DNA from: Octopus sinensis
Lineage: Eukaryota
Length of the DNA: 64,000 nt
Assembly (NCBI RefSeq): GCF_006345805.1
Contig: NC_043020.1
Coordinates: 10,106,001-10,170,000 of the forward strand
Direction: 5' to 3'
Shown: positions 1-13,569 of the stretch, piece by piece
How the letters are laid out: each line of letters opens with the position of its first letter
Position numbering within the stretch: the stretch's first letter is position 1
Made by a program: the position numbers and the translations under genes
The notes under the pieces: model-generated
Database searches by the model: none
What the model was told of the DNA's origin: nothing
What the model saw: the letters and a program-made list of their open reading frames with translations, nothing else

Positions 1-444
1 TTTTCCTAACAAATATGGTAACAAAAGGGTTAATTATGACAAAGTTGTTTTCCTAAATTTTTCATTATTTTCAAAATAATTCATTTAAAAGCAGTGAATT
101 TCAACAAAAAAATATGCTCCAAAAGCGTTAATAATGACAGTTATTTCACTAAGTTCTTCAGTATTTTCAAAACTGAAAAGACTGTGTATTTCTGCAGAAA
201 AAGGGTTAAATTGGGACCAGTTGGATATGGCAGGGGGTCAACAGAATTTAAATTTAATTCATTTTTTTCTAAATTGTTTTTTGTTTCTTTCTTTTCCGCC
301 TATTTTTCAAATTTTATTCGTAGCAAAACATTTTTGCTCGTAAACTAAAATTAGAGAAATATGAAGGAAAGCACATTAAACATTTTTTATTATTAAATGG
401 AAATAATATATTTTTAAATTTGTAAGTAATATATTTGATAAGCA

Positions 445-913
445 TTCGTGCGTGATCGTTACCTGCATTGCCTTACTGTCACTTGTGCTGGTGGCATGTG
501 AAAAAATATTCAAGCGAGGTCGTTGCCAGTGCCGCTGGACTGGCTCCTGTGCCGGTGGCACATAAAAAACACCATTTGAGCGTGGCCGTTGCCAGTGCTG
601 CTTGACTGGTCCTTGTGCCAGTGGCACGTAAAAAGCACCCACTACACTCTCGGAGTGGTTAGCGTTAGGAAGGGCATCTAGCCGTAGAAACTCTTCCAGA
701 TCAGATTGGAGTCTGGTGCAGCCATCTGGCACGTAAAAAGCACCCACTACACTCTCAGAGTGGTTAGCGTTAGGAAGGGCATCTAGCCATAGAAACTCTT
801 CCAGATCAGATTGGAGTCTGGTGCAGCCATCTGGTTCGCCAGGCCTCAGTCAAATTGTCCAACCCATGCTAGCATGGAAAGTAGATGTTAAACGATGATG
901 ATGATGATGATGA
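445..913 (+). mobile_element. RTE-type short retroelement with (GAT)n tail
   Basis: Ends ccaacccatgctagcatggaaag..gttaaacgatgatg; other copies at ~4270-4410, 4845-5713, 8030-8860, 10050-10250(-), 23582-23780(-), 38940-39115, 40881-41345, 46125-46232. Clade assignment is an inference from the tail and long TSD. Confidence 0.65.
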
Positions 914-924
914 TTAGTATAGAT

Positions 925-1148
925 ACTCTTTTCTCTTTTACTCTTTTACTTGTTTCAGTCATTTGACTGCGGCCATGCTGGAGCACCGCCTTTAGTCGAG
1001 CAAAATCGACCCCGGGACTTATTCTTTGTAAGCCCAGTACTTATTCTATCGGTCTCTTTTGCCGAACCGCTAAGTAACGCGGACATAAACACACCAGCAT
1101 CGGTTGTCAAGCAATGCTAGGGGGACAAACACAGACACACAAACACAT

Positions 1149-1196
<48 letters not shown>

Positions 1197-1199
1197 AAG

Positions 1200-1233
<34 letters not shown>

Positions 1234-1398
1234 GACAGGCTTCTTTTTAGTTTCCGTCTACCAAATCCACTCACAAGGCATTGGTCGGCCCGGGGCTATA
1301 GCAGAAGACACTTGCCCAAGATGCCACACAGTGGGACTGAACCCGGAACCATGTGGCTGGTTAGCAAGCTACTTACCACATAGCCACTCCTGTGCCTG
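925..1398 (-). mobile_element. Composite tRNA-derived SINE family A
   Basis: Head ggc(g/a)caggagtggctgtgtggtaag, B-box-like ggttcagtccc, ccttgggcaagt, internal (TA/TG)n, tail gaaacaagtaaaagag; copies at ~4622-5886(-), 6159-6845, 6959-7318, 10345-10794(-), 15540-15908(-), 21246-21660, 22195-22690, 38275-38688(-), 39292-39684, 56677-57095(-), 58087-58415. Confidence 0.85.
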
Positions 1399-2497
1399 TT
1401 TTTTTTTTTTTTTTTTTATTAAATCCAGGTCATTTTAACCCTTTAGTATTTAAACCAGTCATATCCAGCCCGACCAAATTCTTCCTGTCTTACGTTCAAA
1501 CCACCCAGATCTGGCTTCTGGCAAAGTCATTTTAAAAATAATCAATCACACATCATCAACATCTTGAAGCTATGAGATAATACAGGATTAATTCAAAACA
1601 ATGTGAATAAATAAGCATTATACTTGACAAAGTAATCTGAATGCTTGAGGGTTAATCCGGCTGATTTTTCTCAGGTAATTTTTAAGTAGATTAAGTATCG
1701 TTGGGTATGTTAACTTATCCTCTGATTTATCCCCCTCCTGTGTGATTCTGAAAAGTATCCATGTTTTTATTTCAATTTTACTTATTGAAATTAAATTTTA
1801 AATTCTTTCCATGAAAATTCATTTGAAATTTAAATTGGTGAAAATATCTTTCTTTTTAGTTAATTTTGATTTAGAAGTTAAATATCTCTATTTTATTTTA
1901 TTTTTTTCGAATTCTATTTAAAAAATAAAAATCTCGACTGTCCATCTTAACTCTCTCTTCATTTCGTTTGACGTAAAAAAAAAATGGGTTTTTTTTTTTC
2001 TTTTTTTTTTTTATTACTAAAATCCTGTCTGTTTTATCAATTTGAAATTTCAAAAGTAAAAAGTAAATTTTAAAAAAAGAAAACCTGAAAATTAAGAAGT
2101 TAAAAGGAAAAAGATTTGAAATTGAATCTCTCCTGTTTGATTTAAACTTAAGACCAGTGTGTTATAGAATTCACCATTCCTTAAGCTTGTCATTTGGCTT
2201 ATGCTGCCACTAGAACTTTTGAAACGTCCCTTCTCTTGGATCTCCTACTCATTTTGTCTTCAAAGATTTAGAACTCTTGAGATGTGCCTTATTCCTTGCC
2301 TTTGTTATATTCTTACAAGAAGAAACAGCGCTGCTTACTACTTTAATGACATACCAACCCACCCAAGAACTCCCCTGGTTCTATGATACAAACCTCTTGT
2401 TTTAAAGTAATCTAAATTAAAAATCTTCTATGAAAATTTCATGTAAATTTAAATTCCAGATACTAGTTTAACACTTTTGTTACCATATTTCTGTTAA

Positions 2498-2703
2498 CCC
2501 TTTTGTTACCAACCCAGCTGAAACCGGCTCTGGCTCTGAGTATAAGTGTCTTGTTTCCATAAGTTTTGAATTAAACTTACTCACAATTTATGTTCCTAAC
2601 TCTAGCTGAATGATGACTAAGTTATTTTACTAAATTCTTTGTAATATTTAAAGTAACTGAAAGAAATACAGAGCATTTCAAAATATATACAGTAATGAAA
2701 GGG
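2498..2703. mobile_element. piggyBac-like MITE
   Basis: TTAA|CCCTT...AAGGG|TTAA; same family inverted at 21155-21792; related element at 1439-1651. Confidence 0.7.
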
Positions 2704-4914
2704 TTAAAGCACACTGTTTCCTCCTCAAGCCATGCTTGACTCATAAGGGCCGGTTTCTCGGTTTCCATGGGGTATAGGTTCCCCACCTGGACAGGACGCC
2801 AGTCCGTCGCAGGTGAGCTGCAAGATGCAGGAGGAAAGAGTGAGAGAAAGTTGTGGCGAAAGAGTCAGCAGAAGTTCGCCACCACCTTCTACCGGAGTCA
2901 CGTAGAGCTTAGGTGTTTCACTCATAAACACACACATTGGCCAGTCTGAGATTCGAACTTGCGATCCCTCGACCACGAGTCTGCTGCTCTAACCACTAGG
3001 CCATGTACCTCCACTAATAAATGTGCCCTTTTTAAAGCCTAGCCAGGCTCATGGGCCTAGTTTCCCGGTTTCAATAGCGTATGTGTTCCCCAGCTGGACT
3101 GGACGCCAGTCCATCGCAGTGTTACTCATTTTTGCCAGCTGAGTGGACTGGAGCAACATGAAATGAAGTGTTTTGCTCGAGAACACAACGCGTTGCCTGG
3201 TCCAGGAATCGAAACCACAATCTTACGATCATGATGCTGACACCCTAACCACTAAGCCATGCACCTCCACTTCTGCCCTTTTAAAGCCTAGCCAAGCTCA
3301 TGGGCCTGGTTTCTCAGTTTCTATGGCGTATGTGTTCCCCAGCTGGACGGGAGGCCAGTCCATTGCTGTGTTACTCATTTTTGCCAGCTGAGTGGACTGG
3401 AGCAACGTGAAATGAAGCGTTTTGCTCAAGAACACAACACAACACAACGCGTCGCCCGGTCCAGGAATCGAAACCACAATCTTACGATCATGGTGCTAAC
3501 ACCCTAACCACTAAGCCACATGCATCCACTACACTGCTTCTGTTCAATTAATTTTGAAAATAATGAAGAATTAATAAAATAACTCAATATTGAGCTGATG
3601 TTTGAAACTAATTAACGAGGAATTTTGATGGAAATTTTTAATTTCAATCACTTTGAAATAAGGAATTTGTATCATAGAACTTAGGATGGTATCAGAAGGG
3701 TTAATAATAACAAAAATCTTTTCTTAAATTCTTTGTTGTTTTTCCAAATTAACTGAAATGAAGGCAGTATTTGGCAAGAGAAATATGGTAATGAAAGGGT
3801 TAACGAACTGCAACGTGATTAATTGCCTCAGGGTGGGAGGAGGCAACTTGTGTCCAGAACTTTTTGAATGCAAAATAAAAAAACAAAATATTTGCAAGTG
3901 TGAGCCCTGTGAGTCAGAGTGGCCGTTCCAACACATCTCCCTTGCTGTCCACTGGGGTAATACCTTTTGCATTTTGTCTGCTGGTACCATGGGGCTGTCT
4001 GAATTACGGAAAATTGAGAGAACATAAGAATTTTGTAGCTTATTACACAAACAATAAACCCTTACAACCCTTCATGCATAAATATCAAGCAAAACCCCTA
4101 TATACAATAATCTACAATGTTTAGTAATAATTAAAATGAAGTCAAAAAGAAAAAAAATAACTAAAGCTATTTCCTTGTAAATCACAAAAAGGCCACATAT
4201 TTCTTATGATTCACAAAGGGGACGAAATGTAAAGATCTCCCTCTGGAGTAGGGAGTTAGTTTTTCAGAAGTGTAGGAAGGGCATCCAGCCGTAGAAACAT
4301 TGCCAGATCAGACTGGGCCTGGTGCAGCCTTCTGGCTTCCCAGACCCCAGTTGAACCGTCCGACCCATGCTAGCATGGAAAGCGGACGCTAAACGATGAT
4401 GATGATGATGTTGATGACAGTTTCTTAAAGAAATAATTGAATTTAACACTGTAAAGTAAAGAAAACTTTTCTCAGGCTGGAGTTCCTTCTTTGACTTTCT
4501 CTTCTGCCACTTATCGCAAAATGATAAACCCAAATTAACAAACATACTAAATAATCACTAATGACCATATATGTTCGGTGATGCAAACAGGAAAATAGAA
4601 GTCACTCAAAATGAGTGTATACTTTTTTACTTGTTTCAGTCATTTGACTGCGGCCATGCTGGAGCACCGCCTTTAGTCGAGCAAATCGACCCCGGGACTT
4701 ATTCTTTGTAAGCCCAGTACTTATTCTATCGGTCTCTTTTTGCCGAACCGCTAAATGACGGGGACGTAAACACACCAGCATCGGTTGTCAAGCAATGCTA
4801 GGGGAACAAACATCGACAAACACACACACACATAAATATATAAGAAAACCATCCGAACGTGGCCGTAGCCGGTACCGCATTGACTGGCCTCCGTGCTGTG
4901 GGCACGTAACAAGC

Positions 4915-5537
4915 ACCATCCGATCGTGGCCGTTTGCCAGCCTCATCTGGCACCTGTGTCGGTGGCACATAAAAACACCATCCGAGCGTGGCCGTCTGCC
5001 AGCCTCGTCTGGCACCTGTGTCGGTGTCACATAAAAAACACCATCCGAGCGTGGCCGTCTGCCAGCCTCGTCTGGCACCTGTGTCGGTGGCACATAAAAA
5101 ACACCATCCGAGCGTGGCCGTCTGCCAGCCTCGTCTGGCACCTGTGTCGGTGGCACATAAAAAACACCATCCGAGCGTGGCCGTCTGCCAGCCTCGTCTG
5201 GCACCTGTGTCGGTGTCACATAAAAAACACCATCGAGCGTGGCCGTCTGCCAGCCTCGTCTGGCACCTGTGTCGGTGGCACATAAAAAACACCATCCGAG
5301 CGTGGCCGTCTGCCAGCCTCGTCTGGCACCTGTGTCGGTGGCACATAAAAAACACCATCCGAGCGTGGCGTCTGCCAGCCTCGTCTGGCACCTGTGTCGG
5401 TGTCACATAAAAAACCATCCGAGCGTGGCCGTCTGCCAGCCTCGTCTGGCACCTGTGTCGGTGGCACATAAAAAACACCATCCGAGCGTGGCCGTTTGTC
5501 AGCCTCGTCTGGCACCTGTGTCGGTGGCACATAAAAT
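4915..5537 (+). repeat. 63-bp tandem repeat (~10 copies) inside an RTE-type short element
   Basis: accatccgagcgtggccgtctgccagcctcgtctggcacctgtgtcggtggcacataaaaaac repeated. Confidence 0.93.
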
Positions 5538-6322
5538 CACCCACTACACTCTCGGAGTGGTTGGCGTTAGGAAGGGCATCCAGCTGTAGAAACACTGCCA
5601 GATCTGACTGGACTGGTGCAGCTTTCGGGCTCCCCAGACCCCAGTTGAACCGTCCAACCCATGCTAGCATGGAAAGCGGACGTTAAATGATGATGATGAT
5701 GATGATGATGATGACATATATACGACAGGCTTCTTTCAGTTTCCGTCTACCAAATCCACTCACAAAGCATTGGTCGGCCTGGGGCTATAGCAGAAGACAC
5801 TTGCCCAAGATGCCACGCAGTGGGACTGAACCCGGAACCATGTGGTTGGTTAGCAAGCTACTTACCACACAGCCACTCCTGCGCCTATGTATATATTTTA
5901 TTATTGTTGTTATGATTACTAATTGACTTAAGTCACTGACTGACTCAAGGGCTGAGAGTCTCATGCTCTGATAAGTGACAATGCACAAAACTCAGTTTTT
6001 GAGTCATTCTGTAATTTCTGACAATTAAAAATTAAAAAATAAATAAGAGCCATGTATGAAGATTTCTCCAAATATCTCTCTCTATTTTGTCTCTTTTTTT
6101 TTTTCTCTACATCCTTAGTAAACATATTGCAATGGTATTATACCAAAATGATAAACATAGGCACAGGAGTTGCTGTGTGGTAAGTAGCTGGCTTACCAAC
6201 CACATGGTTCTGGGTTCAGTCCCACTGCGTGGCACCTTGGGCAAGTGTCTTCTGCTATAGCCCCGGGCCAACCAATGCCTTGTGAGTGGATTTGGTAGAT
6301 GGAAACTGAAAGAAGCCTATCG

Positions 6323-6355
<33 letters not shown>

Positions 6356-7475
6356 TGTATGTATATAAAAAGGCGGCGAGCTGGCAGAAACGTTAGCACG
6401 CCGGGCGAAATGCGTTGCCGTATTTCGTCTGCCGTTACGTTCCGAGTTCAAATTCCACCGAGGTCGACTTTGCCTTTCATCCTTCCGAGGTCGATAAATT
6501 AAGTACCAGTTACGCACTGGGGTCGATGTAATCGACTTAATCCGTTTGTCTGTCCTTGTTTGTCTCCTCTGTGTTTAGCCCCTTGTGGGTAGTAAAGAAA
6601 TATATATGTATGTATGTATGTGTATGTGTTTGTGTGTCTGTGTTTGTCCCCCTAGCATTGCTTGACAACCGATGCTGGTGTGTTTACGTCCCTGCCACTT
6701 AGCAGTTTGGCAAAAGGGACCGATAGAATAAGTACTGAACTTACAAAGAATAAGTCCCGGGGTCGATTTGCTCGACTAAAAAAAAGGCGGTGCTCCAACA
6801 TGGCCGCAGTCAAATGACTGAAACAAGTAAAAGAGAGAGAGAGAGAGCCATATATGAAGATTTCTCCAAATCTCTCTCTCTCTTCTTTGTCTCTTTCTTT
6901 TTCTCTCCATCCTTAGTAAACGTATTGCAATGGTAATATATACCAAAAGGATAAACATAGGCACAGGAGTTGCTGTGTGGTAAGTAGCTGGCTTACCAAC
7001 CACATGGTTCTGGATTCTTAGGCAAGTGTCTTCTGCTATAGCCTTGTGAGTGGATTTGGGAGATGGAAACTGAAAGAAGCCTGTTGAGTGTGTGTGTGTG
7101 TATGTGTTTGTGTATCTGTGTTTCCCCCCCCCCAACCCCTATCACTTGACAACCAATGCTGGTGTGTTTACGTCCCCCGTAACTTAGCAGTTCAGCAATA
7201 GAGACCGATAGAATAAGTACTAGGCTTACAAAGAATAAGTCCTGGGGGTAGATTTGTTCGGCTAAAATTCTGTGCTCCAGCATGGCCGCAGTCAAATGAC
7301 CGAAACAAATAAAAGAATGGTAAATGACTTTAACAACATAACATGAATATTCTCTCACGTCTCTTTAATCTCTTTCTCTTTCTCTTCTCTCAACAAACAC
7401 CTGTATTACAAAGGTGTTATACCAAGACGGTTTAAAAAACAAAAACAATGTTTTATAAAAGTCATAATTATAAGT

Positions 7476-7897
7476 GAATGGTTGTATACTGTCAATCTAA
7501 CAAGAACGTGACAGTAGGGGGTACACCACCGCTGTATAGCCCTAGGAAGCATCGAACGCCTCCTGATAGCTTTGACACATTTTTTCCCTGTGTCCTTATA
7601 TACATATACGAAGGGGAGACAAACACCCCCGGCCGCCAAGACAACGATCCTGAAACACGGTGTCCCTAGATGCAGTTCCGGCGGCCGGGGGTGTTTGTCT
7701 CCCCTTCGTATATGTATATAAGGACACAGGGAAAAAATGTGTCAAAGCTATCAGGAGGCGTTCGATGCTTCCTAGGGCTACACAGCGGTGGTGTACCCCC
7801 TACTGTCACGTTCTTGTTAGATTGACAGTATACAACCATTCTATCGCCCCACCACCGTACATGTCTCTACGAGAGATTTAGAAATTCAATATTTCTT
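7476..7897. mobile_element. Fold-back element: 162-bp inverted arms, 42-bp spacer and 56-bp extension
   Basis: Arms 7476-7637 and 7680-7841 with one mismatch; 12-bp direct repeat ataattataagt at 7464-7475 and 7898-7909. Confidence 0.8.
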
Positions 7898-8029
7898 ATA
7901 ATTATAAGTATTAATCAGCTAAATATGAAAATATCCCGTTATAAATTCTCTCTCTACCCTCTATAATCTCTGCACTTCATCAATAAATATATTATAGTTG
8001 TCTGGCAGATTTATAATGTAGAGCAGAAG

Positions 8030-8860
8030 TTCTCAGTCCTAGAAGACCTGGCAAGCCAAGTGAGACCATAACCTTGTGGCCTATGCCAGGGGTGTAACCA
8101 GCCCACTTATGTGTACCTTTCCTTCATTGGACATTAAACTCTGCTTGTGAAGACCTGTTGAGGCAAGTGAAATCAAAATCAAATACAATGACTGGCATCT
8201 GTGCTAGTGGAGCGCTAAGAGCACCATCTGAGCATGATCGTTGACAGAGCAGCTGACTGGCTTCTGTGCTGGTGGCACGTAAAAAGCACCATTCGAGCGT
8301 GATCGTTGCCAGTGTCTCCCTAGTGGCATGTGAAAAAACATTCGAGTGAGGTCGTTGCGAGTGCCGCTGGACTGGCTCCTGTGCAGGTGGCACATAAAAA
8401 GCACCATTCGAGCGTGATCGTTGCCAGTGTCGCCCCAGTGGCACGTGAAAAAACATTCAAGTGAGGTCGTTCCCAGTGCCGCTGGACTGGCTCCTGTGCA
8501 GGTGGCACATAAGAAGCACCATTTGAGTGTGATCATTACCAGCGTCGCCCTAGTGGCACGTGAAAAAACATTCGAGTGAGGTCGTTGCCAGTGCCGCTGG
8601 ACTGGCTCCTGTGCAGGTGGCACATAAAAAGCACCATTTGAGCGTGGCCATTGCCAGTACCTCCTGACTGGCCTTCGTACCGGTGACACATAAAAGCACT
8701 CACTACACTCTTAGAGTGGTTGGCATTAGGAAGGGCATCCAGCTGTAGAAACCAGGTCAAGATTGGAGCCTGTTGCAGCCATCTGGTTTGCCAGTCCTCA
8801 GTCAAATCGTCCAACCCATGCTAGCATGGAAAGCAGATGTTAAACGATGATGATGATGAT
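8030..8860 (+). mobile_element. Longer copy of the RTE-type short element with internal dimeric repeats
   Basis: Alternating ~53/62-bp internal repeats, (GAT)n tail. Confidence 0.7.
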
Positions 8861-11831
8861 AACAGATTTATTTCTCTTTGTAAACTTGGGTGTCTTCAAT
8901 TTTCGACTCATCATCAACCACTGGATGTCACTGTCTCAAGTCCTAGGACTCATACGACCAGTTATCCAGTTTCCATGACACAGAAGTAACCAAGGTCAAA
9001 ATGTTCTCCCCCCCCCCTGATCAGGATGCCGGTCCATCACAAGGTTACCTATTTACAGCTGAGTGGACTGGGGTTATATGAAATGAAGTGTTTTGCCCAA
9101 GAACACAACACACTGCCCAGTCCAGAAATTGAAACCATGACCCTGTAATTGTGAGTGCAACACACTGACCATTAGGCCACATACATGTCACTCTTCAATT
9201 CTTACCGTTTTTTTTAATTGTCTGCCACCTGGTGAGTTTTATCACATTACATTTTTAAAGTGAAAATCAAAGCAGTTTAGGAAATTATAAATTTTTGTTT
9301 TAATTGCTAACAAGACAAGAATAGTTCCTTCTCTCAGTAGATTATAAAACTGTTGTTTGATATAACGGTCAAGTTTGTTGTGGAGAAGGTTTTCAGCCTT
9401 GGCCATTAAAGAGGCATACAAATGATATTAAAATAAAATCAAATCAAAATGTTATGAACTCTTCCTAACATAAAACTGCTGTTTCATTTAACGACTGCTT
9501 TTGCCTGTGAGCAAATCAATTCACACACACGTACACACAAACACAACACAGATTTACACATATGTGATTATGTGATAGTGTTTGTATCATCCTAGACTTT
9601 GCGTGTGGTTGTTGATTGTAAACAAATGCTTTGTTGATGGCATTGTTTTCTTACAATGCACCATAGAAGAATGTTCAGACTTCTTGACGTATCTTGTAAT
9701 CTTTGGAAACAAAAGCGCTCATTTATATGGTGTTTGTAGTTCTTTGTATAAAATATATCCAGGTTGTTTGTTGTACAATAGACTGGGAGATTATTCCCTT
9801 GCTTGGAAATAAGTGGAGGTTGCAAGCATTGAAAAGTAGACATTATGATGATGATGATACTATACAATGTACTGGGAACATGCTTCCCCTGTTTGGAATT
9901 CATTCCCAGTTGCATCTCTGTTTGAATTTTTTCTTATTAGATTCGAAATCTAAGTGCTTTCCTGTTTGAGAATCTCCAATTTAGCCAGAGGCATTTAACA
10001 ACAACAAAAATGGTAAAATGGAAACAAACCCATTCTACAATGGCAGAATTCATCATCTTCATGATTTAACATCTGTTGTCCATGCTAGCGTGGGTTGGAT
10101 GGTTTGACCAGGGCTGGTAAGCTGGAAGGCTGTACCAGACTCTAGTCTGATTTGATATGGTTTCTACAGCTGGATGCCCTTCCTACTGCCAACCACTCCA
10201 AAAGTGTAATGGATGCTTTTACGTGCCACTGGCATGGGTGCCATTTATGTGACACAATTGTCTTCCACAATTATGATTTCACTTGGCTTGATGTCTTAAT
10301 CCCATTTTCATTCTGTGTTCAAATCTCCAGCGATACTTTACTTACTTTACTTTACTTACTTGTTTCAGTCATTTGACTGCGGCCATGCTGTAGCACCACC
10401 TTTAGTCGAGCAAATCAACCCTGGGACTTATTCTTTGTAAGCCCAGTACTTATTCTATCGGTCTCTTTTGCCGAACCGCTAATTGACGGGGACTTATTCT
10501 TTGTAAGCCCAGTACTTATTCTATCGGTCTCTTTTGCCGAACCGCTAAGTGACGGGGACGTAAACACACCAGCATCGGTTGTCAAGCAATGCTAGGGGGA
10601 CAAACACACACACACATATATACATATATACGACAGGCTTCTTTCAGTTTCCGTCTACCAAATCCACTCACAAGGCATTGGTCGGCCCGGGGCTATAGCA
10701 GAAGACACTTGCCCAAGATGCCACGCAGTGGGACTGAACCCGGAACCATGTGGTTGGTTAGCAAGCTACTTACCACACAGCCACTCCTGTGCCTAACTTT
10801 GTCTTTTGCTCGCCCGGAGTTTGTAAAATTGTTAGTTTCTGAATCGATTAGATTGACGACTCCTGCACCCCCACCACACTCCAACCCCTAGTATTTGTAA
10901 GTTTGTGCCAATTTAGAAAATACCACCATCATCGTAATCTTCTTTCAGCATCAGGCTTCCTATTTCCTTATTACCCACAAGGGGCTAAACATCGAGGGGG
11001 ACAAACAAGGACAGACAAAGGGATTAAGTCGATTACATCGACCCCCAGTGCACAACTGGTACTTAATTTATCGATCCCGAAAGGATGAAAGGCAAAGTCG
11101 ACCTCGGCGGAATTTGAACTCAGAACGTAACAGCAGACGAAATACCTATTTCTTTACTACCCACAAGGGGCTAAACATAGAGGGGACAAACGAGGACAGA
11201 CAAAGGGATTAAGTCGATTACATCGACCCCAGTGCACAACTGGTACTTAGTTTATCGATCCTGAAAGGATGAAAGGCAAAGTCGACCTCGGCGGAATTTG
11301 AACTCAGAACGTAACGGCAGACGAAATACCTATTTCTTTACTACCCACAAGGGGCTAAACAAACAGTGATAGACATAAACCAATACGTAAATAACAAATA
11401 ATATAAATATAATTAATATAATATATATATAAAATTAATATTTTTTTTCAAAAAGTATTAAAATAATGATAAATATAATAATAATAAGTAAATACCCATA
11501 TATTTGATACTTATATTACTTATTATTATAATACTTATTATTATAATACTTATTTTTTATTATATTTATCATTCTTTTTATACTTTTTGAAAAAAAAAAT
11601 TTTATTTTATATCATCATCATCATCATCGTTTAACGTCCATTTTCCATGCTAGCATGGGTTGGACGGTTCTACTGGGGTCTGTGAAGTCAGAAGAACCGT
11701 CCAACCCATGCTAGCATGGAAAACGGACACTAATATATATATTATATTAATTATATTTATATTATTTGTTATTTATGTATTGGTTTATATCTATCACTGT
11801 TTGAGTTACCTAATAGTGGTTTTATCTCTAA

Positions 11832-11893
<62 letters not shown>

Positions 11894-11900
<7 letters not shown>

Positions 11901-13158
11901 GGCAAGATTGTAATTTCGTTTTTCGCAAATAGATAGTTATGATTTTTTTGAATGACATTTGTCAATGTTATGACTTTTTCTTTTTGACATTGATAACCAT
12001 TACTTTTAGCTTGCTTTAGAAGCAAATTGCGTGTAATTTTGTTTACAGCTGTTAGTTCAGTGTCAGTTTTAACATGGGGTGCAAAAATGAACATTTTCAC
12101 CATATTTTGCTTTTTTATTTCCGTAAAGGCAAGAAAGCTGCTGAGGCTCACAAAGAGATGTGTGAAGTTAATGGTGTTGATTGCTTAACAGAATGCACAT
12201 GTCAGAAATTGTTTTTAAAAATCTGTTCTGGAGATTTTTCACTCAATGATGACCAATATTCTGGTCGACCCACTGAAGTTGATGCTGACTGAATCAACGC
12301 CATAATTGAATCTGATTGTCATATAACTGAGCGAGAGATTGCAGAGAGGTGAAATGTATCATACACAACTATTGAAAATCACTTAAAATGCCTTGGACTT
12401 GTTAAGGAGCTCAATATTTGGGTTTCAAATAAATTGAAAGAGATTAACTTAACACAACAAATCAATATTTCTGATATGCATCTCAGACGCAATGAAATCA
12501 ACCTTTTTTTTTAAATGAATCATCACTGGGAATGAAAGATGGATTGTCTACAATAATATCAATCAAAAATGACCATGGTCTAAGCATAATGAACCAGCAC
12601 AAACCACACTGAAAGCTGAATTGCATTTGATGGGATTACAAAGGGCTTGTATATTTTGAGCTGCTTCCAAGGAACCAAATGATCAATTCAGATGTTTACT
12701 GTCAATAACTAATGAAACTGGAGGAAGCGATCAAAGAAAAACGACCAGAATTGGCAAATCGTAAAGGAATCATGCTCCACCATGACAACGCTAGACCGCA
12801 CACATCTTTGCTAACTCGTGAAAAATTATTGGAGCTTGGTTGGGAAGTGGTGTCACATCCACCATATAGCCCTGACTTTACGGCATCAGATTACCATTTA
12901 TTTCAAAGTTTGCAAAATTCTTTGAATGGTAAAACTTTCAATAATGATGATGACGACCTGAAATCACACTTGCTTCAGTTTTTGGCTGATAAGAACCAGA
13001 AACTCTATGAGCACAGAATCATGAAGTTGCCAGAAAGATGGCAAAATGCCATCGGACAAAATGGAAAATATATAATTGATTAAATCTCATTCTTTGTATG
13101 AAAAAAAAATTACTTTTATTTCACACTAAAAACCGAAATTACTTTCTTGCCAACCTAA
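11894..13158 (+). mobile_element. Full-length degenerate mariner transposon
   Basis: Imperfect ~30-bp TIRs (ttggattggcaagattgtaatttcg / cgaaattactttcttgccaacctaa), TA flanks inside (TA)n; transposase remnants with HTH region, HHDNARPH, HPPYSPD..SDYHLF. Confidence 0.92.
12074..13083 (+). pseudogene. Mariner DD34D transposase pseudogene
   Basis: ORF pieces 12074-12292 and 12712-13083 separated by stops and frameshifts. Confidence 0.9.
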
Positions 13159-13204
13159 TATATATATATATATGTATATATATGTATATATATATATATA
13201 TATG

Positions 13205-13244
<40 letters not shown>

Positions 13245-13516
13245 CAACAATTGAGGGTAAAATTAATTAATTAATTAATCAATTTCACCAAGTATTCAGT
13301 ATGCAAAGGGACCATTTAAGGCAAATTCAAATTATTACATTATATAAAAGGGCTTAGTAAAATAAATTACTTTGCCGCATACTGAACTCGTTAGAAATAG
13401 CAGCTAAAAGAACTATTTCTAACACTTAAAGAAAACCTCTCTCATATAGTGCTTGCTCAATTCAACCCAAGAAAGTATGAGGGTAGAGACATTAAAAAAT
13501 CAATGCAAAGGTTATT

Positions 13517-13569
13517 TGAGTACGTACGTTTCAAGATTAGCCAAATTCGACCCTTCTCTCATCAGCTCA
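13517..13569 (-). ncRNA. Type I hammerhead ribozyme, family 1, copy 1
   Basis: Minus strand reads TGAG-CTGATGA-GAGA..TCTT-GAAAC-GTAC-GTA-CTCA. Confidence 0.8.

Noticed and set aside
3830-3960. GC-richer unique segment ending in gggtaat (possible exon)
   Set aside because: Weak acceptor and no similarity to NAPRT in any frame
4788-5670. Overlapping ORFs of 104-290 aa
   Set aside because: Products of the 63-bp tandem repeat within a retroelement
9592-9915. 107-aa minus-strand ORF in unique sequence (possible nested gene)
   Set aside because: No recognisable motif, no clear ATG or splice context
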